Of a stretch of DNA of 64,000 nt, positions 29,944 through 39,871 are shown piece by piece. Below the pieces are notes generated by a model, which did no database searches, was not told the origin of the DNA, and saw only the letters and a list, made by a program, of their open reading frames with translations. Every line of letters begins with the position of its first letter. Within the stretch, counting starts at the first letter, position 1. The DNA is from Candidatus Coprovivens sp. (GTDB taxonomy: Bacteria; Bacillota_I; Bacilli_A; RF39; UBA660): assembly GCA_051892935.1 (NCBI GenBank), contig JBJFGS010000031.1, forward strand, positions 32,001 through 96,000, read 5' to 3'. Position numbers and translations under genes: made by a program.

Positions 29944-30805
29944 GACAGTTGTTATTACAAAACAATCAAAAATTAGTTATAAAAATAAATTTTTGGTTGT
30001 AAAACAAGATAACGATGAAAAATATGTTCATCTATCAGAGATAGATACGATAATAGTAGATTCTATATCTGTATCTATTTCTGCCTATCTTTTAAAGGAA
30101 TTATCTGATAATAAAATAAACATTATATTTTGTGATGAGAAACATAATCCTTTTGGAGAATTGTCTTCGTATTATTCCAGGCATAATACTAGTAAAAAGA
30201 TAAAAGAGCAGATAGCATGGAAGCAATCTGATAAAGATAAATTATGGTCAAAGTTAGTAAGAAATAAAATTGTTAATCAAGCTATGTTATTGAGGAAGAT
30301 TAATTCTGAAAAATTTGAATTAGTTTTGAGCTATGCGGATGAAGTTGTTAATGGAGATAAGACAAATCGAGAAGGACATTCAGCTAAAGTTTATTTCAAT
30401 GCTTTATTTGGTATGGATTTTGTTAGAAATGAGTCTGATGATATTAATGCGGCATTGAACTATGGTTATGCTATATTATTATCTACGGTAAATAAAGAAG
30501 TTGTTTCAAATGGTTATTTAACGCAATTAGGTGTTCATCATAAAAATGAATTTAATGAATTTAATTTAACTTGCGATTTGATGGAACCTTTTAGAGTTAT
30601 CATTGATAATTTTGTATATTTTAACCAAGGTAGGAAATTAGATACTAATTATAAATTAGATATTGTTAATATTTTTAATAATACGTATAAGTATCAAGGT
30701 AAAAATTATGTATTGAAAGATATTATAAAAATGTTTGTAAAAAATACTTTGAGCTCAGTAGAAGATTTGGATAGTTATAAGGAATTTGTATATTATGAGG
30801 GATAG
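29933..30805 (+). CDS. cas1: CRISPR integrase Cas1 (type II)
   Basis: NREGHSAKVYF, NAALNYGY, GVHH, DLMEPFR. Confidence 0.97.
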   Translation: MSFRTVVITKQSKISYKNKFLVVKQDNDEKYVHLSEIDTIIVDSISVSISAYLLKELSDNKINIIFCDEKHNPFGELSSYYSRHNTSKKIKEQIAWKQSDKDKLWSKLVRNKIVNQAMLLRKINSEKFELVLSYADEVVNGDKTNREGHSAKVYFNALFGMDFVRNESDDINAALNYGYAILLSTVNKEVVSNGYLTQLGVHHKNEFNEFNLTCDLMEPFRVIIDNFVYFNQGRKLDTNYKLDIVNIFNNTYKYQGKNYVLKDIIKMFVKNTLSSVEDLDSYKEFVYYEG

Positions 30806-31115
30806 AGTTATGAGAACGATAGTATTTTTTGATTTACCAAATATTTATGCAAAAGACAAAAGAAATTATTTGAAATTTAGAAAATATTTAATAAATGAAG
30901 GTTTTATAATGATGCAAGAATCGGTTTATTCAAAAATTGTGTTGAACTCTCAACAATCTGAATTTCTAGTAGATAGATTAAAAAAGAATGCTCCCAAAAA
31001 AGGATTAATTCAAGTTTTAACGATTACGGAAAAACAATATGCTCAAATAGAATATATTATTGGTCAAAGCAATTCAAAAATCGTGGATAGTGAAGATAGG
31101 TTGATTGTACTATGA
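30795..31115 (+). CDS. cas2: Cas2
   Basis: MRTIVFFDLP, GFIMMQESVY, ITEKQY. Confidence 0.97.
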   Translation: MRDRVMRTIVFFDLPNIYAKDKRNYLKFRKYLINEGFIMMQESVYSKIVLNSQQSEFLVDRLKKNAPKKGLIQVLTITEKQYAQIEYIIGQSNSKIVDSEDRLIVL

Positions 31116-31786
31116 ATGTAATAGTCGAATATTTTGATAATATAATAAATTTAAAATTAGATGGTGTTAATGTTGTGGAAATAGAAAATAAAAAGTATTT
31201 TTATAGATTTGTTAATGATCTTTTTTCTATTTGTAATGATGGCTTTGCTGATGATATTACTTTTTTCGAAGAAGAACTAGAAAAAAATATGAATGGAAAA
31301 CTTAAGGTATTTGTTGATTTTTTTGATTTTCAGTTTGATTCCAAAAAATATATTAATGATGTTAGTAAATATGTTAATGAAAATATTGATGATGAAGATA
31401 AAAATGATTTGTTTAATTTGTATAATAGAATTATCAAAGTTTATAAAAAACTATTGAATAGTGTAGATTTACCATTATCTGTAGAAAGTGAAGTTTCAGT
31501 TGATACAATTACAAAATTAGTTAAAGTTAATATTAACTCTAAAGTAGAGTTGTTGGATAATTTGTTTTTATTGGTTGATTTAGAAAAAGTTTTAAAAACT
31601 AATAATTTATTGATATTTATTAACTTAAAGCAATACTTAACAAGAAATGAACTAGTTGAATTATATAAATATGCCATTTACAATAATATTCAATTATTAT
31701 TAGTAGACTCACAGTCGTATGGTGGTACTTTAGAATATGAAAAAAAGCTTATAATAGATGAAAATCTAGATGAATTTATGATATAA
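31112..31786 (+). CDS. csn2: Csn2 (short form)
   Basis: Follows cas2; IFINLKQYLT..IIDENL Csn2 pattern; 224 aa. Confidence 0.9.
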   Translation: MNVIVEYFDNIINLKLDGVNVVEIENKKYFYRFVNDLFSICNDGFADDITFFEEELEKNMNGKLKVFVDFFDFQFDSKKYINDVSKYVNENIDDEDKNDLFNLYNRIIKVYKKLLNSVDLPLSVESEVSVDTITKLVKVNINSKVELLDNLFLLVDLEKVLKTNNLLIFINLKQYLTRNELVELYKYAIYNNIQLLLVDSQSYGGTLEYEKKLIIDENLDEFMI

Positions 31787-31868
31787 TTAGTGTGATATGA
31801 CATAGAAAATACCATTTATAAAACATTAAATTCTCTATGGTAATGTTGATATAGATCTAAAATTTGAG
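31779..31868 (+). promoter_or_regulatory. CRISPR leader with promoter and ATTTGAG leader-anchoring sequence
   Basis: TGATATAAT 31779-31787; ATTTGAG directly before repeat 1. Confidence 0.8.
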
Positions 31869-33686
31869 GTTTTAGGTCTATGTCATCTTAAATGGTATTA
31901 AAACGTAAAGATAAAATAATTTCTATAACTATATGTTTTAGGTCTATGTCATCTTAAATGGTATTAAAACTGATATAGACTATTCAAAACATACCTTAAA
32001 GTTTTAGGTCTATGTCATCTTAAATGGTATTAAAACTTACATATTTCTACAATGAATTAATATAGAGTTTTAGGTCTATGTCATCTTAAATGGTATTAAA
32101 ACAGCAAGTGAGCGGTTAAGCTCCGTAAATCTGTTTTAGGTCTATGTCATCTTAAATGGTATTAAAACGTGTAATGGTTGGAGCTGCATTCTTAATTTGT
32201 TTTAGGTCTATGTCATCTTAAATGGTATTAAAACTAATTATAGAGAAAATTATAATAATCAAGTGTTTTAGGTCTATGTCATCTTAAATGGTATTAAAAC
32301 TAATAATAATGGTGGAATAACACTAGACAAGTTTTAGGTCTATGTCATCTTAAATGGTATTAAAACTCCTCAACATTTAACAAGCAATAGTTCAATGTTT
32401 TAGGTCTATGTCATCTTAAATGGTATTAAAACTTCTACAAGCAAATAAAATGGTTGAGATTAGTTTTAGGTCTATGTCATCTTAAATGGTATTAAAACTT
32501 AAAATGTAGAGGTTATCAATATGAAGTAGTTTTAGGTCTATGTCATCTTAAATGGTATTAAAACGGAAGTAATCGGTAATGAAGAAGATAGATAGTTTTA
32601 GGTCTATGTCATCTTAAATGGTATTAAAACTATCCACCATATATTACAAAAGAAGAATTTGTTTTAGGTCTATGTCATCTTAAATGGTATTAAAACGATA
32701 AAAAGAATGATGAGGTTATTAAGTACGTTTTAGGTCTATGTCATCTTAAATGGTATTAAAACCTTATGATATGTTCAATGATAAATATGAACGTTTTAGG
32801 TCTATGTCATCTTAAATGGTATTAAAACGACTTAGCTTCTACTTTAGATAAACCTACAGTTTTAGGTCTATGTCATCTTAAATGGTATTAAAACTAAAAT
32901 ATCAAATGGAAAATAATGATTTAAGTTTTAGGTCTATGTCATCTTAAATGGTATTAAAACATAAAAAACTTATATAATAAATTAAAAATAGTTTTAGGTC
33001 TATGTCATCTTAAATGGTATTAAAACAAGTTATGTTTTATTGTGGTACTAGACCAGGTTTTAGGTCTATGTCATCTTAAATGGTATTAAAACATAAAATG
33101 TTTTGTGGAATGCCATCAAGAAGTTTTAGGTCTATGTCATCTTAAATGGTATTAAAACCAAAATTATATTTAATATGGCAAAACTCAAGTTTTAGGTCTA
33201 TGTCATCTTAAATGGTATTAAAACAAGTCTTTGACTTCATATATATTATAACATGTTTTAGGTCTATGTCATCTTAAATGGTATTAAAACTGCTTAACAT
33301 TTGATTCAATTATAAGAAATGTTTTAGGTCTATGTCATCTTAAATGGTATTAAAACTCTTTTTCTACTCATAACATATGCTTCCGTGTTTTAGGTCTATG
33401 TCATCTTAAATGGTATTAAAACACTTCAATAATAAAGGATACGAATATCTAAGTTTTAGGTCTATGTCATCTTAAATGGTATTAAAACCAAGTTTATATT
33501 TCTCACCATTTGAAGTTTGTTTTAGGTCTATGTCATCTTAAATGGTATTAAAACTGTGGGTTTTATGGTATCACTTGAGGGACAGTTTTAGGTCTATGTC
33601 ATCTTAAATGGTATTAAAACTAGGGGCTTGGGAAATATTAAAAGCAAGTAGTTTTAGGTCTATGTCATCTTAAATGGTATTAAAAC
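31869..33686 (+). CRISPR. CRISPR array: 28 identical 36-bp repeats GTTTTAGGTCTATGTCATCTTAAATGGTATTAAAAC, 27 spacers of 30 bp
   Basis: Strict 66-bp period from 31869 to 33651. Confidence 0.99.
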
Positions 33687-33696
33687 AAGAAATAAA

Positions 33697-34091
33697 AATT
33701 GTATTTTTTATGAATAGATACGTAAAAAATCAAATAAAAAAGTACTAAAAAAAATTATTTAGTACTTTTTAAATTCGTAAAAAACTATTTTAGTTTTTCT
33801 GCTTTTCTTTAGTATAATAATATATTAAAATAGTGCGTTGAGACGTTTAAATAGGTGTTTTTAAACCTTTATTTTCGAAAGAAAGAAGGTGGTCCTATGA
33901 AGGGAAAAATACATGGAATACTTAGTTATTCTAGTAGTACTACTTGTTATTGTAGAAAAGACTTTCAGGGGAGAATGATAAAAGAACAAAAGAAAACATC
34001 TAATTAGTGCTAGATGTTTTCTCGCGTTCAAACGGACTAAGAAACATCTTTCACGAATAAGACGTCTCTTTTTATATCCATTTATATTATA
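33697..34091 (+). repeat. Type I TA-like module, copy 3 (right flank; includes the array terminator ~33737-33770)
   Basis: Starts 10 bp after the last CRISPR repeat; direct repeat of copy 2. Confidence 0.9.
33913..33978 (+). CDS. 21-aa putative type I toxin peptide (copy 3)
   Basis: Identical peptide; stop changed TAA to TGA, so termination is preserved. Confidence 0.65.
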   Translation: MEYLVILVVLLVIVEKTFRGE

Positions 34092-34234
34092 CTATATAAA
34101 AGAATAATTATAAATATTAAGTTTAAAAGAAACTATTTTACGTAAAATAAACTGAATATTGGCAGTATCTATTGAACTTGATTTACATATTTTATATAAT
34201 TAATACTCATGTTTAAAAAAGGGGTGTTTTTTTT

Positions 34235-35143
34235 ATGAATATATTAAATAAATTAAGTGAATTAACTAGTATAGATAGTAAGTATTGGATATTGATTTTT
34301 AAAACATTAATATTCTTTATAGTACTAGATATTATTAAAAAAATAGTTATTAAAATATTTAAGAAAATTAAAGATAGTAAAAAAGAATATATTTATACTC
34401 AGAAATTAAAACTATTTATATCTTTTATTAAATTACTTATTTTTATTTTAATATGGGGGAGTTATTTAAAAGGTTTTATAACAATAATAAGTTTTGTTTC
34501 AGCAGCTTTTACTATTGCATTAAGAGATATTATTCTAAATTTCTTTGCTGGCCTTTATATAAAAATGTTAAAACCTTTTCAAGTTGAAGATAGAATAGAA
34601 ATAAATAATTATAAAGGTGATGTTGTTAATATTAATACTTTAAATTTTGAATTACTTGAAGTTGATAATAAAGACTTTATGGGACAAAGTACTGGCGTTA
34701 TTACTCATGTGCCAAATTCTACTATCTTTTCATATCCGCTTCGTAATTATGATAAGGCATTTAAATATATTTGGAATGAAATAGTTGTTAATGTACCTTT
34801 AGATTTCGAAGTAGAAAAAGTACGTAAAATATTGTATAGAATTGTCAGTAAAAATGATGTTATTGACAAAGTTCCTGATAATGTAAAAAAAGATATTAAG
34901 GATATTTCAACTGATTATAGAATATATTATACAGAGTATAAGCCTGTTATTTATTGTAAAGTAGTTGGAGATTATGTTGAGTATACATTAAGATATTTAG
35001 TTGATCCTAGAAAAGCAAAATATGTTAATTCTAGTATATGGAAACATATTTTGATTGCTCATCAAAAAGGTGAGATAGTACTTTATAATAAAAGTGTTGA
35101 TTATAAAGATGATGAATTCGAAAAAGAAAATAATGGGAAGTAA
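34235..35143 (+). CDS. MscS-family mechanosensitive channel
   Basis: NFFAGLYI..KPFQVEDRIEI..GDV..VPNS motifs. Confidence 0.85.
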   Translation: MNILNKLSELTSIDSKYWILIFKTLIFFIVLDIIKKIVIKIFKKIKDSKKEYIYTQKLKLFISFIKLLIFILIWGSYLKGFITIISFVSAAFTIALRDIILNFFAGLYIKMLKPFQVEDRIEINNYKGDVVNINTLNFELLEVDNKDFMGQSTGVITHVPNSTIFSYPLRNYDKAFKYIWNEIVVNVPLDFEVEKVRKILYRIVSKNDVIDKVPDNVKKDIKDISTDYRIYYTEYKPVIYCKVVGDYVEYTLRYLVDPRKAKYVNSSIWKHILIAHQKGEIVLYNKSVDYKDDEFEKENNGK

Positions 35144-35186
35144 AGAATATACATGTTATAATGATGAGTAAGGAGATGGAGTTTTT

Positions 35187-35738
35187 ATGAATAATAATGT
35201 TAATAATACTTCTAATGCTGTTGTTATTTTAGCTGCAATATTGGCAGTAGCTTTAGTTGTTGGGATAATTAAAGTTAGAGTTTTAAATGAAGATATTAAT
35301 GAATTAACGGAAAGAATTAGTAAATTAGAAAAAGCTAATGGTGGAACAAACTATGAAGAAGATACATATGATGTTAGTCTTTTTAAAGAAATATCTATTT
35401 CTGATATAGCTAGTGAATCTAAAAAAGAAACTATAGTAGTTTGGTTAGGTCTTCCTACTTGTGGATATTGTAAGGCTTATGCACCATTACTTGCTGAAGT
35501 AGCAGATGAATACGGAGTGGTAGCTAGATATGTAGATGTTAGTGCAATGACTCAAGATGATTATGATACTTTAGTTTCTTTAAGTGGCAAGGGTGATTAT
35601 GAAGGTTTTGGAGCTTCATTTACTGGTACACCATTTACAATGATTATTAAGAATAATCAAATAATTGGCGGTATTAATGGTTATGTTGAAAAAGATAGTA
35701 TTAGAGCTGCCTTTGAAAGTGCTGGAATAAAAAAATAA
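35187..35738 (+). CDS. Membrane-anchored thioredoxin-fold protein
   Basis: N-terminal TM, CGYC, GTPF cis-Pro motif. Confidence 0.8.
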   Translation: MNNNVNNTSNAVVILAAILAVALVVGIIKVRVLNEDINELTERISKLEKANGGTNYEEDTYDVSLFKEISISDIASESKKETIVVWLGLPTCGYCKAYAPLLAEVADEYGVVARYVDVSAMTQDDYDTLVSLSGKGDYEGFGASFTGTPFTMIIKNNQIIGGINGYVEKDSIRAAFESAGIKK

Positions 35739-35889
35739 ATCTAATAAATAAGTTTTATATTTATATAATGAAATAATATATTATTCTTTATTGTATAGTT
35801 TTGTTATTTTTGATATTATGGAAATGGATATTTGAAAACGTAGTCAGTATGGAATTTCTTCTATACTGGCTTTTTCACTTTAGAAGGAG

Positions 35890-36570
35890 ATGTATTATAT
35901 GAAGATAATTTTATTGGGTGGTAAAGCAAATAGTGGTAAAGATTCAGCAGCAGCATATATGGCTGAGTATTATAGAAGTAGAGGTTTGGATGTTGTTAAT
36001 ATTCAGATTGCTTATTATATAAAAATGTATGCTAAAGAAATTGCTAAATGGGATGGAGATAATGAAACTAAGCCTAGACAATTATTACAAGATTTGGGTA
36101 CTGAATTAATAAGAAAACAAATAGATGAGTATTTTTTTATTAAAAGAATTATTCAAGATATTGATATATATTCAAGATATTTTGATATAATTACAATAAG
36201 TGATGGTAGATTACCAGAAGAATTTGCAGCTATTAAGTTAGCTTATCCAGAAACTGTAACTGTTCATTTGACTCGCCCTAATTTTACATCTAGATTAACT
36301 AAAGATCAGAAAGCTCATGTTACGGAAGCACTAGTAGATGATATTGAATATGATTATGATTTAGTAAATGATGGTACATTAGAAGATTTACAACTTAAAA
36401 CTATTGAGTTAATTAGACAAATTGAAAAAGAAACTAAGTTTGAAAGACATGTTGTAAAACGTCCTATTGTAAAGGAAGAAAAGAAAACAGAAGAAGTTAA
36501 AACAGAAAATAAAGATACAAAGAAGACATCTAAGAAAACAGCAAAGAAAACAGGAAAAGAAGACAAGTAA
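35890..36570 (+). CDS. P-loop (deoxy)nucleoside monophosphate kinase-like protein
   Basis: GKANSGKD Walker A; PRQLLQDLGTE; ISDGR; Lys-rich tail. Confidence 0.6.
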   Translation: MYYMKIILLGGKANSGKDSAAAYMAEYYRSRGLDVVNIQIAYYIKMYAKEIAKWDGDNETKPRQLLQDLGTELIRKQIDEYFFIKRIIQDIDIYSRYFDIITISDGRLPEEFAAIKLAYPETVTVHLTRPNFTSRLTKDQKAHVTEALVDDIEYDYDLVNDGTLEDLQLKTIELIRQIEKETKFERHVVKRPIVKEEKKTEEVKTENKDTKKTSKKTAKKTGKEDK

Positions 36571-36629
36571 TCTTCTTTTTTTATGGATAATTTGTTTTAA
36601 TTAGTTAGTTTTGTTATAATTCATTTTAG

Positions 36630-37346
36630 GTGATTTTTATGAAACGTGTAGGAATTATTTTTGCAATGAGAGAAGAACTAGAAGCTTTAAAGGAATTTTT
36701 AGTATTAGAAAAAGAATATAATATTTTTGAATTAGCGTTTTATGAAGGTAAAATAAATGAAGTTGAGTGCATTTTAGTACAAAGTGGAGTTGGTAAAGTT
36801 AATGCTGCTCGTACTACTCAAATACTTATAGATAATATAAAAGTTGATTATATTTTTAATATTGGTGTAGCTGGTGGTGTAGATGATTCACTTTCTGTTG
36901 GTGATATTGTTTTAGGTGAAAAATTAGTTCAACATGATTTTGATATTACAGCATTTAATCATGAAAAAGGTTATATACCAAGTGTTGGGGTGTATATTGA
37001 TACTGATACTTATTTATTAACTTTAGCAGATGGTGTTTTAAAAAAATTGGAGGATATTAGCTTTAAAAGAGGTGTAATAGCTTCTGGAGATATATTTTGT
37101 ACAGAACTAAAAATGAGCCAGAAAATAAATACTAAGTTTAATGCGTTATGTGTAGAGATGGAAGGTGCTAGTATTGCACAAGTTTGTTATTTGAGTCATA
37201 TTCCATTTTTAATTATTAGGAGTATTTCTGATGTACCAAATAATGATAATGTTATTACTTATGAAGAATTTTTAAATACGAGTTGTAGAGTTGTAGCTAG
37301 AGTAATGGAAAAATTATTAAAAGAATTAAGCAATGTTGAATTATAA
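36630..37346 (+). CDS. mtnN: 5'-methylthioadenosine/S-adenosylhomocysteine nucleosidase
   Basis: SGVGKVNAA, ASGDIF, VEMEGASIAQ, RSISD. Confidence 0.93.
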   Translation: MIFMKRVGIIFAMREELEALKEFLVLEKEYNIFELAFYEGKINEVECILVQSGVGKVNAARTTQILIDNIKVDYIFNIGVAGGVDDSLSVGDIVLGEKLVQHDFDITAFNHEKGYIPSVGVYIDTDTYLLTLADGVLKKLEDISFKRGVIASGDIFCTELKMSQKINTKFNALCVEMEGASIAQVCYLSHIPFLIIRSISDVPNNDNVITYEEFLNTSCRVVARVMEKLLKELSNVEL

Positions 37347-37387
37347 ATGTTGAAAATTATTTTGTAAAATAATACAATATAATATAT

Positions 37388-38101
37388 ATGATTGGGGAAG
37401 TATTTATGAGAAAGAATTATCCTGTTTATTATCTAGATTTGAGAGATAGTTTAGATTTAATTGCAAATAAATTATTATATGCAAAGGAATGTGGTGATGG
37501 TTTATATTGTGATTTGAGTGGCTTGGCGATATTAGGTGCTCCTAATGGTGTTTCAATGACTAAAGTTATTTGTTCGGATGATGTTAATAGTGTGGATGAT
37601 GTTTATAAAGCTATTACAGGTTTAAGTGTTGAAGAATATAATAATAGAATGAAAGCAATTAGAGAAGAAGCTACTTTATCTTTAAAAGAAAATAGAGAAA
37701 AAATGATGCAATTAGATAGTAAAATAATTTCGTTGCTACCTGAAATTTCTAGTCAAGGTCTTTCTCTTATTATTCCAGCTTGTAGTGAAGAGTGGAAAAG
37801 TATGGTGGAAACAAATTCTCATAGTGAATTAGGTAGACTTTATTTATATAGTATTTATCAAGTTTTAATGTCATTGAGTCAAGGGAAAAGTATTGAAGAA
37901 GTAAAAAAAGAATATGATGATTTGGCATTAGATGGTGTAGCAGCAACAAGAGTAAAAGAAGCTATATTTAAATTTTCACCTAGAGGTTTAGAATTCTATA
38001 AAGCTGTTTCAACTAAAAAGGAATTATTAATGAAATTTAAAAAAATAGTTGAAAGAACTACTGAAGATAATAAACGTAAAAAAGGTGTTAGTTTGAAATA
38101 G
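37388..38101 (+). CDS. Hypothetical protein
   Basis: ORF only. Confidence 0.6.
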   Translation: MIGEVFMRKNYPVYYLDLRDSLDLIANKLLYAKECGDGLYCDLSGLAILGAPNGVSMTKVICSDDVNSVDDVYKAITGLSVEEYNNRMKAIREEATLSLKENREKMMQLDSKIISLLPEISSQGLSLIIPACSEEWKSMVETNSHSELGRLYLYSIYQVLMSLSQGKSIEEVKKEYDDLALDGVAATRVKEAIFKFSPRGLEFYKAVSTKKELLMKFKKIVERTTEDNKRKKGVSLK

Positions 38102-38165
38102 GATGAAACTAGAACTTCTATTCTAGTTTTTTTATGCTATAATACTATTTATTTAGGGGGATTTT

Positions 38166-38994
38166 ATGGTAAAAGATGATGTCGTTTTGGCACAGAAGAT
38201 TATTTCACGCTCTGAATTTAATTTTGGTTGTGAAAATACTTTTCATAATTCTTCAGCTATTTACAGATTTAGTAATGAAAGATTGCAAGATTATGGAGAA
38301 TATTTTGTTAATAAAAATAAAGTTTTAAGTGTAATAAGTTCTGGAGATCAAATATTAAATGCAATTTTAAATGGTGTGAAAGATATAGATGCTTTTGATA
38401 TTAGTGTTTTTCCTAAGTATTTTTTGTATTTAAAAATAGGTGCTATTAAGTCTTTAAGTAGAGAAGAGTATTTAAATTTTTTTTTGTGATACGAATTATA
38501 GTGCTGAAGATTATGATGATATGTATGAAAAAATACGAGAAAATTTAGATGAGGAAATAAAGGAATTTTGGGATGGATTATTTAATTTTTTTGATTGGCA
38601 AGATATTTATAATTCAACACTATTTTCAAGTGAACCATATTTTATTTCTGTTGCTATTGAACAAAATAGATATTTACAGAATGATGAATCTTATAATGAG
38701 TTAAGAGATTCTATAAATGATGTCAATATAAATATATATGAAGGAAATATTTTTGATTTAGTAAATTCTTTAAGTAGTAGGTATGATTTAATATATTTAT
38801 CTAATATTTTTTATTATAATGATGCGAATGATTATAGGGAATTACTTGGTAAGTTATTGTTAACTGATAATGGTATAACAATAACTTATCTTTATAGAGT
38901 TAATGAAAAAATTAAAGAGTTTTTTAGTAGTGATGAATATGAATTTGAAAAATTTGTAAATGTAGATTCGGGAATTATGATTTATCATAAATAA
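38166..38994 (+). pseudogene. DUF3419/BtaA-like SAM-binding protein split by a frameshift in a T9 tract (38477-38485)
   Basis: VLSVISSGDQILN..DAFDIS in ORF1 and YDLIYLSNI in ORF2; T8 would give a continuous frame NFFCDTNYSAEDYDDMYEK. Confidence 0.7.
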
Positions 38995-39033
38995 TAGTGT
39001 ATAATATAATATGTATATATGCTATGAGGTGAT

Positions 39034-39819
39034 ATGATGCATTTTTGGGAAGAGTTAGAAGATTGTAAATATGATGAAAATGAATATTTGGTTGATTATT
39101 TAATTGAAATAGTAAAAGATGAAAAAATAGATAGTTTGGAAGATTTGCAAGCTTATGAAGATAAATATTTTACTGAATCTAATATGTCTAGAGAAGATTG
39201 GGTAAAATGGTATGAGGAATCGTTTGAACATTTACCAGAAATTGATGAAATGATTAATGATGATGTGGCTTTAAAGGTTAAACAATTAAGATCAGAATTA
39301 GAAGTTACTAATGACATTGAAGTAAAAATTAATAATATTGTTACAATTTGTGCTTTATTAGAAAAAGAGGTTTGTTTTGTTGTCGAATTGTATAATCTTA
39401 TAATGGGTGATACTAATTTACCTAAAAAAGTCATTAATGTTAATGATAATAGAAATATTGTAATATGTGGAAGTATGAAAGTGAAAGATGATATTTTAAA
39501 GAATGCTTTGGTTTTACAAAGTAGGGGATTTGATGTTTTACTTCCTGAGGAGTGTATGAGAGGTGAAAATAAAAAAATTGCATCTCGTGCACATTTTGAT
39601 CGAATAGCAAATCCTGATAATAAGGTAGTGTTGATTATTAATGTAACAAAGAATGGTATAGATAATTATATTGGACCTAATAGTTTAGCCGAAATAGCAA
39701 TGGCGTTTTATTATAATAAAAGAATTTATTTATTGAATGATATTTATGAACCTTATAAGGATGAACTAGTTGGATGGGGTGTTATTCCTTTAAAAGGTAA
39801 TTTGGATAATATAAAATAA
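39034..39819 (+). CDS. Protein with C-terminal nucleoside 2-deoxyribosyltransferase-like domain
   Basis: IVICGSMK..YIGPNSLAEIAMAFYYNKRIY pattern. Confidence 0.5.
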   Translation: MMHFWEELEDCKYDENEYLVDYLIEIVKDEKIDSLEDLQAYEDKYFTESNMSREDWVKWYEESFEHLPEIDEMINDDVALKVKQLRSELEVTNDIEVKINNIVTICALLEKEVCFVVELYNLIMGDTNLPKKVINVNDNRNIVICGSMKVKDDILKNALVLQSRGFDVLLPEECMRGENKKIASRAHFDRIANPDNKVVLIINVTKNGIDNYIGPNSLAEIAMAFYYNKRIYLLNDIYEPYKDELVGWGVIPLKGNLDNIK

Positions 39820-39871
39820 TTTGTGGATTAGTAAGTATCTTTATTTTTATATTTCGATGAACTTATAATAG

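Noticed and set aside
31971-32000. Spacer 2 (..AGACTATTCAAAACATACC..) resembles 11686-11703 (AGACTATCAAAACATACC) in the DUF5655 gene
   Set aside because: Needs a gap, the PAM-proximal end mismatches and the sequence is AT-rich; not credible self-targeting. No other spacer match was spotted by eye, but an exhaustive search was not possible
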